This document shows positions 19,981 through 20,000 of a DNA stretch of 20,000 nucleotides, piece after piece. Source of the stretch: Dirinaria sp. TL-2023a. Lineage: Eukaryota. Every line of letters starts with the position of its first letter. Within the stretch, counting starts at the first letter, position 1. The notes under the pieces were generated by a model. It was not told where the DNA came from and searched no databases. It worked only from the letters and a program-made list of their open reading frames with translations. A program made the position numbers and the translations under genes. The stretch covers positions 57,125 through 77,124 of the forward strand of contig JAVEBF010000003.1 in assembly GCA_051941275.1 (NCBI GenBank). Reading direction: 5' to 3'.

Positions 19981-20000
19981 TTTTTTTTTTTTTTTTTTTT
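19981..20000. repeat. Poly-T run of at least 20 nt, truncated by the window end (Pol III terminator or retroposon-associated tail)
   Basis: 20 consecutive T immediately after the tRNA-like element. Confidence 0.9.

Overview
Intron-rich eukaryotic DNA from a filamentous ascomycete (short GT-AG introns with CTRAY branch sites). I could splice six genes by hand into continuous frames, and a seventh is single-exon. In order: (1) a 5'-truncated Dal5-like MFS allantoate/dipeptide permease (+); (2) a 72-aa four-exon Grg1/ccg-1 stress protein (-) that the ORF track misses; (3) a TPT/nucleotide-sugar transporter (+); (4) a three-RRM Rim4/Msa1-like RNA-binding protein with a Q/Y/P-rich tail (-); (5) an F-BAR+RhoGAP Rgd1 orthologue (-); (6) an atypical non-RD protein-kinase-like gene with an N-terminal hydrophobic anchor and an apparent GC-AG intron (+); (7) a secreted 8-Cys protein (-). 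The last ~2.5 kb has no intact gene. It holds a hairpin-rich DNA-transposon-like terminus, a 399-bp solo LTR (TG..CA, near-perfect 5-bp TSD) inside a block strongly depleted of CC/GG, and a tRNA-like Pol III element with no canonical anticodon arm followed by poly-T at the window edge. No clearly new multi-gene system is demonstrable. The best leads are the tRNA-like element, the unusual repeat-mutation signature and the anchored atypical kinase. All family assignments are from motif recognition; no database search was run.
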